From Corallochytrium limacisporum Hawaii (lineage: Eukaryota > Protista > Pluriformea), in assembly GCA_002811645.1 (NCBI GenBank), contig PDIP01000077.1:1-64000 (forward strand): a DNA stretch of 64,000 bases, given 5' to 3'. The notes under the pieces were generated by a model that was not told the origin of the DNA, ran no database searches, and saw nothing but the letters and a program-made list of their open reading frames with translations. This document shows positions 45,536-56,065 of this stretch, piece after piece. Position 1 is the stretch's first letter. Each line of letters begins with the position of its first letter. The position numbers and the translations under genes were made by a program.

Positions 45536-47251
45536 ATGACGGACCTCGTGCGAAAACTGGTGAGATCTGTGGGGATCGCGCCGGAGCAGACCAAGCCGGC
45601 ACCTCCTCCTACCTTTGATGATATGCCGGACAACATCTTGAAACAAATATTCAGACACATTAAAGACGTTCAAGATTTGACAGCTTGTGCTCATACATGT
45701 CAAAAATTTCGAAAGATCTTGACCCATCACCTTCTGTGGAGCCAGACCATCCACGACAGACACTTGATAATTTGGCAGGGAGATAAGTCCTGCTGTCCAA
45801 AGTCGGATCACCTGGAAACAGGCTCACCCTATGCGCGGTTCATGAGGCTAAGTCGCCATCGCCATGCTGCACTTAGCAAGCAGTTCACAATTGACCAGAT
45901 GAACCTGGATCTTGCAGGTGCACGGGTTTTAGCCTACTTGAAGCAGGCCAAATACTTGATTGGTGTGAAGGACGAAGCGCTGAGTCTTCTAAAGATTGGT
46001 GAGACTACTGAATGGGAACATATTCCTACCCCACACCATATCCACTTCGACACCACAGATGTAAATTTGGTCGTTTGTAGCGGTGGTCTGGTGTTGACGT
46101 CCTGGGACGGTAGCTTCAAATTGTTGTGCCTGCCTTTCCCGCAACCGCTCTCCAACATGACCGATGCTCAGCTTGAGAATTGTCTGGTTAATCAGTCGGA
46201 GTATGCTGAGGGGTGGAAGGAAGTTGAGCTCCCCAGTGATCCTCGTCTAGAGGCCTGGAGCAAAAAGCGACTAGCAACAGGGGACCACAACGTGATTCGG
46301 GTCGTACCAAGCGTAGACAATTTGCGTCAGCCTGTGGTCGGGTACTGTGATCTGGCTATTGACGACCACCCCTACATGATTTTCGTCCGCGTCAAGATGA
46401 ACACTGGTCAGGGATTTGTTAGGTTGGTCAAATCTCATGCGGGTGGCACTCCCACTCGCAGTCTGAGCTTTAATGAATATGTCTGCCTCATCTCACGTGA
46501 GCACGCTTTGACTAAAGAGCGCAGCACAACCCTGGCTTTCTGGCAGGATAACCACTTCCCAACCGGCGGGCTAACCGAACCTGTGGAGATCAAAGATGTC
46601 TGGATGGCGGATCTCGTGCCACAGACAGCAACACCTCCTGGCATAGATCATGTCAACGGATCTGACGCTATGGACCGTGGTGCTGTGGTCATGGCGACAT
46701 TGAAGGTACCTGACTTTCCGGACCACGAGCGTCGGTCAACACTGACAATCAGGCCAGACGGGTCGTATATTGAGTCAGCACCTGGAGATATCCGTGCCGA
46801 ACGCAAATTGATTTGGGACAGTATGTGTACCCAACTGGTATGGTATGGAGATGTGTGTGCCTATTATCGTGATGCCTCGAGTACCCGTATGAGTCTGGCG
46901 CGTAGTGCTTCCAATGACAGTGCCAAGGAACTTGTAACTGTGGGCCGATTGCATATGGTGGAGAACGATCCGAGCCCGGTCTGTGTGTTCAAGACGACCT
47001 CCCGGCCTGGTTTGCCGGCGTACGGTAGTAAGTACATAGCCTTCTGGGCTGCGTGCGGCCTGACCTTCCTTAACTTCGGTAAAGACGACGGCCCGTCCCC
47101 ACTGTACCGCATCTGGTATAGGAACGAATGGGATGCACCGGAAGAAGAACCTCCTTCAGAACCCGTGAACCGCAGGAGGAAACAGAACACTCCTGTCCGG
47201 GACTCTGGAGAGCCAGAAAAGAAGACAAATCCCCTGAGATCCAACGCTTAG
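45536..47251 (+). CDS. F-box protein
   Basis: FDDMPDNILKQIFRHIKDVQDLTACAHTCQKFRKIL..LLW near the N-terminus. Confidence 0.85.
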   Translation: MTDLVRKLVRSVGIAPEQTKPAPPPTFDDMPDNILKQIFRHIKDVQDLTACAHTCQKFRKILTHHLLWSQTIHDRHLIIWQGDKSCCPKSDHLETGSPYARFMRLSRHRHAALSKQFTIDQMNLDLAGARVLAYLKQAKYLIGVKDEALSLLKIGETTEWEHIPTPHHIHFDTTDVNLVVCSGGLVLTSWDGSFKLLCLPFPQPLSNMTDAQLENCLVNQSEYAEGWKEVELPSDPRLEAWSKKRLATGDHNVIRVVPSVDNLRQPVVGYCDLAIDDHPYMIFVRVKMNTGQGFVRLVKSHAGGTPTRSLSFNEYVCLISREHALTKERSTTLAFWQDNHFPTGGLTEPVEIKDVWMADLVPQTATPPGIDHVNGSDAMDRGAVVMATLKVPDFPDHERRSTLTIRPDGSYIESAPGDIRAERKLIWDSMCTQLVWYGDVCAYYRDASSTRMSLARSASNDSAKELVTVGRLHMVENDPSPVCVFKTTSRPGLPAYGSKYIAFWAACGLTFLNFGKDDGPSPLYRIWYRNEWDAPEEEPPSEPVNRRRKQNTPVRDSGEPEKKTNPLRSNA

Positions 47252-47340
47252 ATGATTTATACAGTTATGCAGATCTTCTTTAATTGTAATTTGTTTGATG
47301 TGATCAAAATAGATTTGTCCTTGGGTGGCCGAGCGCACAT

Positions 47341-47643
47341 CTAATTTTCTTCTTTCGATGCCTGCTTGAGAAGGAATTTGTTAAATGTACCCCTCTGGTA
47401 ATGCGTATATGCTAGTCCAGCAAGAAAGAGAGCTGCAATCCCACCATATCCGAAGTATACGTAAGAAGTGTATCGTCGAGAACTAGAGTCATTCACCTCC
47501 TTTAAGACTTTGTTCGCATGATAGACACAGTTGAAGGATGCCCGACCGACTAGATGGTTGTAATTGATATCCCCCTGTACTTGAGGTTTCTGCGGCAGAT
47601 ATCCTCTCTTCAAGTCCTGGATGTCGAAGAACCCACCTCCCAT
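47341..47643 (-). CDS. Small (100 aa) single-TM protein of unknown function
   Basis: tacaATG at 47643; TM segment YVYFGYGGIAALFLAGLAY; converges on the F-box gene with an 89-nt gap, like the other gene pairs. Confidence 0.55.
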   Translation of the reverse strand: MGGGFFDIQDLKRGYLPQKPQVQGDINYNHLVGRASFNCVYHANKVLKEVNDSSSRRYTSYVYFGYGGIAALFLAGLAYTHYQRGTFNKFLLKQASKEEN

Positions 47644-48435
47644 TGTAGTACTGGTGGCTTCCCTGATGGCTCCGTTAGAAGTTCTGTCACCGCTTGTCAG
47701 GTACCCATCGGTGACAATTCTGCAGCTGATAACCGAACAAAATTTGGTTGAATACCTTAGGATAAGACTGTACCATTCCATTATACAGAGTACTAGTACA
47801 CAGAAAGCTGAAAACTCTGGAAAGGTGCATAAAGACCCGAGAACGACCTTTCATCGGGTCATGGACCCGTCGTGCACTCTTTCTCTCGAGACCTGTGCAA
47901 GGGAAAGGGAGCCCACACTCGTTCGCCCTGCGCAGTCTACCCTGGTGTATTATCCGTCCGAAGCGGCTCCGGCTGACCCGCCTTCGCTTCTGACCAGGCA
48001 CTCACCAACGGGCTCGCGCGGCTTACCGGGCCATCGGCCAGCAGTGTGTTTGACCCCGGGAGTGCGCCAGCCCACTCCCGTACGGGCAGCGCTTGGCTGT
48101 TTTCCCTCCCTTCCTAAGGGCCGGTCCCTTGGGAGGGGACACAGAGAACGGGACGAGGTCCGACTGGTTGGGAAGTTTTTGAGGCATTGGTTACCGAAGA
48201 CTCTGACCAGTGGGCTCTTGTGCTCTGTAATGCCAGTTTTTGCACATTCTTGGTATTTCAGGAATATAAGTGTACTTGACAAGTCTTGTGGATCAATTCA
48301 TAGTCACAACTGAGCGGGGACAAGTTATTGGACAATGACGTGAAATATACAAGCATGGGGCTACGGAAGCCTCCGGAACCAAACTGTTAGATATCTATGC
48401 CTTGTATGGTGGCCTGAGAAGCCGGAAAGAATAGA

Positions 48436-50880
48436 ATGGTATCAGAACATACATCACCTGTCGGTGAGCCTGTGGAATATCGGGCATGCCGACAGTGGAG
48501 AGATATCATTGGAATATCTTGTCGAAATGTGCAGATTCCTCAGAGTGTTTCCACAAAGGGAGTAACACATATATACTGTGAAGTGTGGAAGGATTCAAGG
48601 GATCCAAATCGGTCGCTCTCCGAGGGAGATCTTTACAGTTCTTCAAAAGATGCAGAAATTGTGTACCGATCCGAACCTCTTACGTCAACAGAAAATCCTT
48701 CCTGGTTACCGTTCCCGGCTGCACTCACACAACAGGCACCGCCCTTGACGCGCTTATCTGCCTCGTCCACGCGAGGTGGTGGAATACCACGGGACAGTTC
48801 GCTATCTACCGTTCGGCGGAACCTTGCGTGGCCCAGCGATGCTGACGAAGTTATCATCAAGTTTGCTGTCACTAACGACTTTGAGGCAGCCCAAACGGCA
48901 TCATCTCTGCACCGGTTTCGCATGGGCAACTCTAGGGCTAACGCCCTGCCTTTCAAAGTGGACAATAGTGTGCTCATCATGGAATTAACATTGCAGTTGG
49001 ACGCTTTGTGTGTACTGGGTAGTGATCTCGCGAAGTTCAATCCGTTTCTCAAACCAAACTGTATTCTCCTGCGTACCAACAATCGAACACCAGTTGGTGG
49101 CATTTTGGACTACGGAACAGCAGAGCGTAACATGGCAGACGACGCTTCAGTGACATATCTATGTCCTCCAACAATGCTTAGGAAGGGTAAATGTCTTTGT
49201 GGGATGGATGAAATGGTCATGGACGGGTCAGATCTGTTATCATTGGTACAGAGCCCACAACCGTTGCTCAGCGGAGGCCTGGTGCCCATGACTGCAATGA
49301 CTGAGGATGATGCGGAGTCTTCGCTTGGAGAATGGTCCCAGCCTAACACACCTCTGGGACCGAGGAACGAGAACGAACCACCCCAATTTCCGTCTCCACA
49401 GGAGGGCGGAGCACCACCGACTAATGGTCACTCCAGAGATGTGCCACCAGCAATGGGTGAAGACCGAACGGTCGGCGCATACGAAGAATTTGGACTCAGA
49501 AATACCACATCCGCCGACAGTGCTGAAAGCAAGGCACACCAACGTCAAATTCTCCATCAAAAACAGCTTGGCGATGACCTGTTTGTAACAGATCTACCTT
49601 CACACCCGACAGTGAATCTGCGCCAACCGTCACCCATCCCGGACAGCCACGGTTCTGCACAAGAGCGCCGTCATAACCGTGGCAGGGCTGCTACAATGAC
49701 CTCTGAAAGTGCGGGGTATACGAGCGCAGCAGTACAGGACCTTGAGGCCCAGCGACAACAGCGTGCTGCAGAGTTAGAAGCCGCAAAGATTCCAGCGGCT
49801 GGACCCCGCGAACTAAAGACGCTACTGCAGCTGCAAGCCGTTTATGACGCGAGCCGAGACTACACAGAGAGCGTTGAGCATGCAATAGAGGGCATGTCCC
49901 TGTCCGTCGCTGCACAGCACCGCGGGGCCACAGATCGGGGACTGCTTCAGAATGCAATTACCCGCCTACAGGTGGCCTGCGAGCAACGTAGACTGCACAT
50001 TGCGTGCATGAAACTGCTTTTGGAAGAGAGAAGCAAGGATATTCAGCATCGTCGCGAACTGTTGCACTATCGGAAGACTACATTGCAACGCATCGGTCGG
50101 GAGATTGCCACATACGCGAAGCGAGGGGATGCGCAGACCACGCGACTGCGGGAAGTTTCGACTCTACGTAATGCACGTCGAAATGAAATGCTTGGGATAC
50201 TAACGGGCATTCTACCGGTTCTGGGTACCGGAAACAACGGTGTCACTGACATGAGCGGTGGGGTCCTCAACGCGTCTGGGGATGTTGTGGATCACAGCAC
50301 TTTCACGGTGGCTGGTCTGCCGATTTCTTTGGAAATGTCGGAAGGGGACAAGCAAGAAGTTATCGCCGGTCTGGCCGCGTTGCATCTGTTGGTGAGCAAG
50401 ACTTTTGGCATCCTGAGTATTCCACCCCGGTATCCGCTTGTGCACATTGCATCTATTGTGGACGATGGGGATCCCAGTGGGCGACCCAACGACGGAGACG
50501 ATGGCGAGGAAGGGTCTAGGTCCAAAACGGGACACGAAGTGGGCCCTGCCGGCGATTTAGTGACATCAGATGGCAGTCCAGTCTTCCCATTGAACCGCAC
50601 AATGAGTTCCAACCGCGAGACGTATCAAAGAGCCCTGAAATATCTGAGTCGGGACATCGGACAACTCTACGAAACCATTTTCGACAAAGACGTGCCTACA
50701 TCGAGCATGCTGAGCAAAATGTTGCGCGTATACCAAGTCGAAGCGTTGATGACACAGGGAAATGCGGCTAGCGATCTCCGTGTATTGCTTGAAATGGAAC
50801 CCGACTCGATTGACTTGGCGTACTTTGCTGACAAGGCGGATGAAAAGCCGGAGCAAAAGAATCCTGAAGTCATCGAGTGA
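48436..50880 (+). CDS. UVRAG: UVRAG/Vps38 (class III PI3K complex subunit)
   Basis: IIGISCRNV, VYRSE..ENPSW (C2-like), central coiled coil, then GILSIPPRYPL and FPL..YQRALKYLSRDIGQL (BARA2-like). Confidence 0.8.
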   Translation: MVSEHTSPVGEPVEYRACRQWRDIIGISCRNVQIPQSVSTKGVTHIYCEVWKDSRDPNRSLSEGDLYSSSKDAEIVYRSEPLTSTENPSWLPFPAALTQQAPPLTRLSASSTRGGGIPRDSSLSTVRRNLAWPSDADEVIIKFAVTNDFEAAQTASSLHRFRMGNSRANALPFKVDNSVLIMELTLQLDALCVLGSDLAKFNPFLKPNCILLRTNNRTPVGGILDYGTAERNMADDASVTYLCPPTMLRKGKCLCGMDEMVMDGSDLLSLVQSPQPLLSGGLVPMTAMTEDDAESSLGEWSQPNTPLGPRNENEPPQFPSPQEGGAPPTNGHSRDVPPAMGEDRTVGAYEEFGLRNTTSADSAESKAHQRQILHQKQLGDDLFVTDLPSHPTVNLRQPSPIPDSHGSAQERRHNRGRAATMTSESAGYTSAAVQDLEAQRQQRAAELEAAKIPAAGPRELKTLLQLQAVYDASRDYTESVEHAIEGMSLSVAAQHRGATDRGLLQNAITRLQVACEQRRLHIACMKLLLEERSKDIQHRRELLHYRKTTLQRIGREIATYAKRGDAQTTRLREVSTLRNARRNEMLGILTGILPVLGTGNNGVTDMSGGVLNASGDVVDHSTFTVAGLPISLEMSEGDKQEVIAGLAALHLLVSKTFGILSIPPRYPLVHIASIVDDGDPSGRPNDGDDGEEGSRSKTGHEVGPAGDLVTSDGSPVFPLNRTMSSNRETYQRALKYLSRDIGQLYETIFDKDVPTSSMLSKMLRVYQVEALMTQGNAASDLRVLLEMEPDSIDLAYFADKADEKPEQKNPEVIE

Positions 50881-50918
50881 TAAATACTGAATGCTTTGTT
50901 TGTTATTCTCGAGGAGGT

Positions 50919-51266
50919 CATCTGTTTCAAGGACTGCTCAATGGCAAGTTCCTTCGATGTGCCACCAGATATGGCGCTCAATTGATCAAACAGCCACTCA
51001 ATAATGACACCAAGGGTAAACTCAGAACTGTTTGGATCAAATCTGCATTGGACGGTCTCCTGAACTTGGTTCCAGTGTCGTTCTCGCAAGGCAGGAGTCT
51101 TGAGGTTGCTTATGACGGACATGGTCACCTTAAGCTGCCCTACCTGCTTCTTCAGTGCCCCAAGAATGTTCAGATCAGGACTCTTCCTATATGTCTTCGC
51201 AACTTTTGAATAGAAAAGCGCGCTCTCCGTCTCCAGAGTCTGCGTGTTCACATTATTGTACTAACC
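50919..51266 (-). pseudogene. Fragment of an axonemal dynein heavy chain (DHC_N2 region, DNAH2-like)
   Basis: TLETESALFYSKV..KKQVGQLKVTMSVISNLKTPALRERHWNQVQETVQCRFDPNSSEFTLGVIIE..ISGGTSKELAIEQSL. About 110 aa only; the homologous frame opens at GTG with a TAG four codons upstream. Confidence 0.8.
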
Positions 51267-51391
51267 ATGAAGACTGGGTGCGTAGAACAATATCCACTGA
51301 TGAATGACAATGAATAGAAAGAATTGGCTTTATTGTTGTCCTGCTTACCCATTCAAGGACGGTTTTGTTGCCGATTCGCTGTGCGGGTCCT

Positions 51392-52522
51392 CTAGTCTGC
51401 AGCATCCACAATGCCTCCATTAGCGATGGCAAAAGTACATTCAGCCTCTGGCATGTCCGGCGAATCGTAAAGTTTGCAGATGCGGGACTCACCTCGACCT
51501 TTGCGGAAGTAGAGTCGGGTGGCACTCGCGTGGGCAATAATATTACCACCAATTGGCTTCTTGGGGTCCGCGGCAAAGGTCATGCCACCAGGATCAGCAG
51601 TCATTTGGTTGGTGATGACTACCGCAAGGTTGAATTCCTCAGCAAGACGACAGAGGCGGGCAAGGTGCTGGTTTAGTCGCTGCTGACGTTCCGCCAACTC
51701 ACCACGGCCGCTATAGTCACAACGAAAGAGAGCCATAACGCTGTCAATGATCAATAATCTGTACGTTCTATCATCCGCCATCAGTGCTGCTGCTTGCAAA
51801 ATTATGTCATTTTGCTGTTCGCTGTTATGCACACGGATGTAAGTCACGTTTTCCAAAACGATGTCTGGATCCATATCGAAGCGTTCAGCAATTGGTCTCA
51901 GACGATCGGGGCGAAATGTGCCTTCAGTGTCGATATACAAGGCCTTGCCCGCCGCACCACCCAGCTCGAGGGGCAGCTGGGCAGTGACGCACAATGTGTG
52001 ACAGCACTGAGTTTTTCCAGTGCGAAACTCGCCAAAGATTTCCGTGATGCTTCGCGACTCCGGTCCACCGCCAATAAGGGCATCGAGTTCCTTGGAGCCT
52101 GTTGTTAGCTTGAAGATGCGTTCTCGAACGGAACTCAATTCCTTCGCAGATATGAAATGCAGGCCCTGTCGTTTGTAGCAGAGGTTAGTGTTTCCATTTA
52201 GGCAAATAAACTACCAGGTCATACAGTATATACTAACTACTCCTTTGGAGGCGGCCTCCTTGATTTTCTCGATTTTGGCCTCGCTGAGACCCTTAATCTT
52301 GACCAAGTCTTTGGTCATGGCCATGGAAACTCCCTTCATGGACGTGATACCGGCAAGCTTCAGCTTGGATATGTCAGCTGCATTTATCCCATAAGATTGA
52401 AGTTCGTCAAGCTCAATAAAATCATCAACAGCAGCGTTGGTCATCTCGTCAATCATGGGATCGTCCAAGTCAGCGACCAGCTGATCACCGTCATTGGTCT
52501 CGGCAGTGTTCGTCCTGCCCAT
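51392..52522 (-). CDS. DMC1: Meiotic recombinase DMC1, two exons (52522-52238 and 52165-51392), about 352 aa
   Basis: [62 protein letters not shown]; these residues fit DMC1 better than RAD51. Confidence 0.92.
52166..52237 (-). other. 72-nt spliceosomal intron in DMC1
   Basis: GTTAGT donor, CACTAAC branch point (52190-52184), CAG acceptor. It contains an in-frame TAG; removal restores [16 protein letters not shown]. An alternative donor 3 nt upstream is possible. Confidence 0.85.
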
Positions 52523-52972
52523 TTTGTTGGAATCAGATCACAAAAGTATTCTACAGCGACACTTACCTGTGGAAAATTACCAAGCTTCAGGACGTTCAGA
52601 CCTGTGTGATGGGTCTCATCCTCCTCAGCAGATAAGTAGCTCTCGAAACCATATGCGGAATCCCGCCGCTGGGCAGTAATTGTCTGCCAATCGACGAGGG
52701 GGGAAAGGGGCAAGGAGCGGTGGGGGTGTTTGTGAGACCCGAGCCCCCTTTTCGAACTGATCCCGCCAGGGCGTAGGCTGGGAGGGGTGGGGAGAGAAGG
52801 GGCCGGTGCTCAGCGGTCCAGGCCAGTGGTGAGATGGTGGCCCTAGACGAATGCTGGAAGCTCAAGAAGGCTAAGGGCTGACGCGGGTATTGGGAATTAC
52901 TACGTGGTGTCTGCATAAGATCTACAAGCTCGTATCTTGATATATGCACGGTGAGTATAGGAATTGTATTGT

Positions 52973-54463
52973 TCACTTGTTCTCCACCGGTCGCAGGTAT
53001 AGCGGGCAGCCCTTCTTGAGGCCCGTTGTGAGTGAAGTGATCGTCTCGTATTCGGAAGCTTTCTTGGCCAGGGAAAACTCGTAGCTCTGCAACAGCTTGG
53101 CCACAATAACCCGGACCTCCAGCTTGGCGAGGCGCTCGCCAATGCAGCCCTGGGGGCCAGCCGAGAAAGGAATGTACGTACCCGGCGTGGGTTTGAACCC
53201 ATCCGCGAGCCAGCGATCTGGCAGGTACTCATCAGGATCTTCCCAGTGCTTGGGATCGCGCATCATGGCCTGGAAGTCACAAATTAGTTCAGTCTCTGGT
53301 GGTACATAGAGATTTTTCCACTTTAGACCTTTTTCGGCTATTCTACGGGAGACGAAGATTACAGTGGGTTTTAGGCGCATGGACTCCTTGACCGCTGCAT
53401 CGAGAACGGTAAGGCGGTCCAGTTTTTCGTACGGGATGTCGTCAAAGTTCTTACCGAGAACTTCATCCATCTGGTCACGGATACGTGCCTGCACATCTGG
53501 CCGTTGTGCCAGCATGTACAGTGCCCAAGTCGCGGTCGTGGCAGAGGTCTCGTGGCCGGCACCAAAGAACATGAGCGCCTCATCAACAATTTCTTCCTCG
53601 GTCATGCTTTCTCGCTGGGCGGCTCGGATAAGTAGACTCAAGATGTCTTTTTCCTCGTCATCAGTTTCTGCTGTGGAATCAGCACGGGCACGCAATTTTT
53701 CAACGATGTCATCACGCACCATTTGAATGGAGGCCCGCCAGAGCTTCTCGTCCGGTAGGAAGCGCCACAACGGCTTCGGAAGGGTCGCCCGGGGCTCCAT
53801 GCCGAGTACAATGAGGTCCAGCTTCCGATCATAGTTCTCATCCACGGGCTTGTTCAGAATGTCTTCATCGAGACCGAACATGCTTTTAAGCAGCACCTGC
53901 AATGAGCCGTTCAGCAATTCCTTGGTCATGTCTACTGGTTGAGCCTTGAGCTTGCCCAGCTGATCCAGCGCCTGGTACCGGGCAATCATTAGCTTCGCAA
54001 CCTCACTCGACACGGCACAGACCTGCTTCAAGCGTGCAGTGTTGAATGCAGGCAGAACCATCCGACGGTGGGCGCGCCAGACATCGCCTTCAAGGATGAG
54101 CAGACCGTTGGAGAAGGGCTTGAAGACCTCCACCAGCTCCCTAGAGCGCCGTACAAGGCCGTCGCCGGAAGCAGTGCGCAGAATTTCACGGCAAAATTCG
54201 GGGTCCTTGGAGCAGAGGATGACCGTTCCAAGCATGTTTACTTGGACAAAGTCATCGTTTCCGCAGTTGTTAACCATTAGATCGTAAAACCATTTGTGGG
54301 TGTGACCCTTCTGGGCGTGCGGGAAGTACTCAATCACTGCCCCGAACACGGGAATGGAGGGCACCACGGTAACTCCCTTAACATATATAGGCTGCATATA
54401 GTACAGGACATACGCAATACCGCACACGATCACAGCCGTGACCACTAACCACAGGTCAGCCAT
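52973..54463 (-). CDS. Cytochrome P450 (CYP4/CYP3 clan-like)
   Basis: TM anchor, WRAHRR, FFGAGHETS, ESMR, PDRW, PFSAGPQGCIG. Confidence 0.95.
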   Translation of the reverse strand: MADLWLVVTAVIVCGIAYVLYYMQPIYVKGVTVVPSIPVFGAVIEYFPHAQKGHTHKWFYDLMVNNCGNDDFVQVNMLGTVILCSKDPEFCREILRTASGDGLVRRSRELVEVFKPFSNGLLILEGDVWRAHRRMVLPAFNTARLKQVCAVSSEVAKLMIARYQALDQLGKLKAQPVDMTKELLNGSLQVLLKSMFGLDEDILNKPVDENYDRKLDLIVLGMEPRATLPKPLWRFLPDEKLWRASIQMVRDDIVEKLRARADSTAETDDEEKDILSLLIRAAQRESMTEEEIVDEALMFFGAGHETSATTATWALYMLAQRPDVQARIRDQMDEVLGKNFDDIPYEKLDRLTVLDAAVKESMRLKPTVIFVSRRIAEKGLKWKNLYVPPETELICDFQAMMRDPKHWEDPDEYLPDRWLADGFKPTPGTYIPFSAGPQGCIGERLAKLEVRVIVAKLLQSYEFSLAKKASEYETITSLTTGLKKGCPLYLRPVENK

Positions 54464-56065
54464 GTTTTCATCTGATAACCTATCTTTGTGTCTGCCCGAA
54501 TATGTTTTTCACGGGTATGTAGCCATTGCGTTGTGCTTGGGCAACAGAATATTGATTCCTTCGACTCAAATAGCAGTCAAGTCGGGGGCATCACATGGTC
54601 GGTGTATCATCAAGTGCTTTTGATGCCACGTCCTTGCTCGCGATGGCTGGCTTATCGCTTCCTCGCAGACCCGTGTCTGTCTTCGTGGGGTGGTGCATTC
54701 TCTCGTGATTTGGGCGGAGTCTGTCCCTCCCGTCCGTCATCGCGCACGGCCCGGCCCCGCACAGAGAAGCCCGGGAGTGGACTTGGCGTTCTTAAGCCCA
54801 AATGCCTGATGGTTACCAGTACCACCACGGTACCCCACCGGCCCCCGGAGTGAGCGGGGAGGGGGAGGGGGGGAAATGGGTTCCGAAGGGAGAAGAAAGG
54901 AGGAGGAGGAGGAGGAGGGGGGGGGCCTCAGGTGAGAGGGACCGGTGACTTGGCAGTTCTGTCCGCTGATCGGCCAACCGACCAACCAAACTGAGTTCGC
55001 TCATTACCCACCCATTGTTTTTTCTCCTTTTTTTTTCCTTTTTTTTTCAAACAACACAAAAAAGAACACTGCGGTGGCACTGCGGCGAGGAACGGAGAAG
55101 GAATGAAAACACCGCCCCCCCCCCCCCGCGGGGCACCGCCAAAACCTCTAGGCAGCAGCTGACCCCCAAGACCTCGTCCAAGGCTACTCACGCACAGAGA
55201 GAGAGAGAGAGAGAGAGAAAAGGGGCGAGCGGGGCCGGGCCCCAAGACCCGACCGGCGTGAAAATGCAAAATGAAAAACGCCAGATTAGAAAAAAAATGG
55301 ATCGTCGGCGTAAAAAAAAATAAGGGCCAGTACTGTGCAATGAATGTACCGTACTTTTTGTATGAAATAGTCAAGTTCCAAACGAGCCAAGAGCCCGCGG
55401 GACGTAGACATCAGAAGCCAAGCGAAAGGGCGATGACGGAAAGCCAGTCGAGTAAATTAAGCGGGTATCAGCAGACACCACAAGCTGCTCAGTACATTCG
55501 CTATAGATACCGAGGCATTCCAGACGGTGTGCCACTGCGCAGAGGGGACGGGTAAGGTAGGCAAGGAGCCACTTGAGCTGCCGATGTGTGTGTGTGTGTG
55601 TGCGTGCGTCCGGACGTGGGTGAATTCGTCCGACGATCTCTGATTTCCTTACGACACCCGGGGCAGTTTATTCACCCAAAATGAATAATTCATTTATTCT
55701 GATCTCCTCTGGCACGCAGGTGGGACGACTGGTAAAATCTCCCGGTTCTTCGTGTTTTTCCTCTTTTTTTTTTTCTCCCCCTTTTGCCTGGGCTTCCTTT
55801 CGCTGCGCTCTTTCCTTTCGCCTTCTCGCTTCGGGGCCGTTTGGGCTTTGGGGGGTGGGGGGGAGTTGTGAACGAGCACTGCCCTGCGTGTGTATTACCG
55901 GAGCAATTGGAAAGGCTTTGCGGAATCAGAAAGCATGGCTTTCTTGATCAGCCGGCGATTGGTTGTCGTGTGGGCATACAGATAATGTGAAGGTTGACAT
56001 GTCGACACACGTGTTGGCCGGTAGGAAAACGAAATAATGTGTACACAATACATGGCAGGTTTATT

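Noticed and set aside
47621-48313. 230-aa ORF in the divergent region before UVRAG
   Set aside because: Overlaps the start of the small TM gene and a GC island; no protein-like features recognised.
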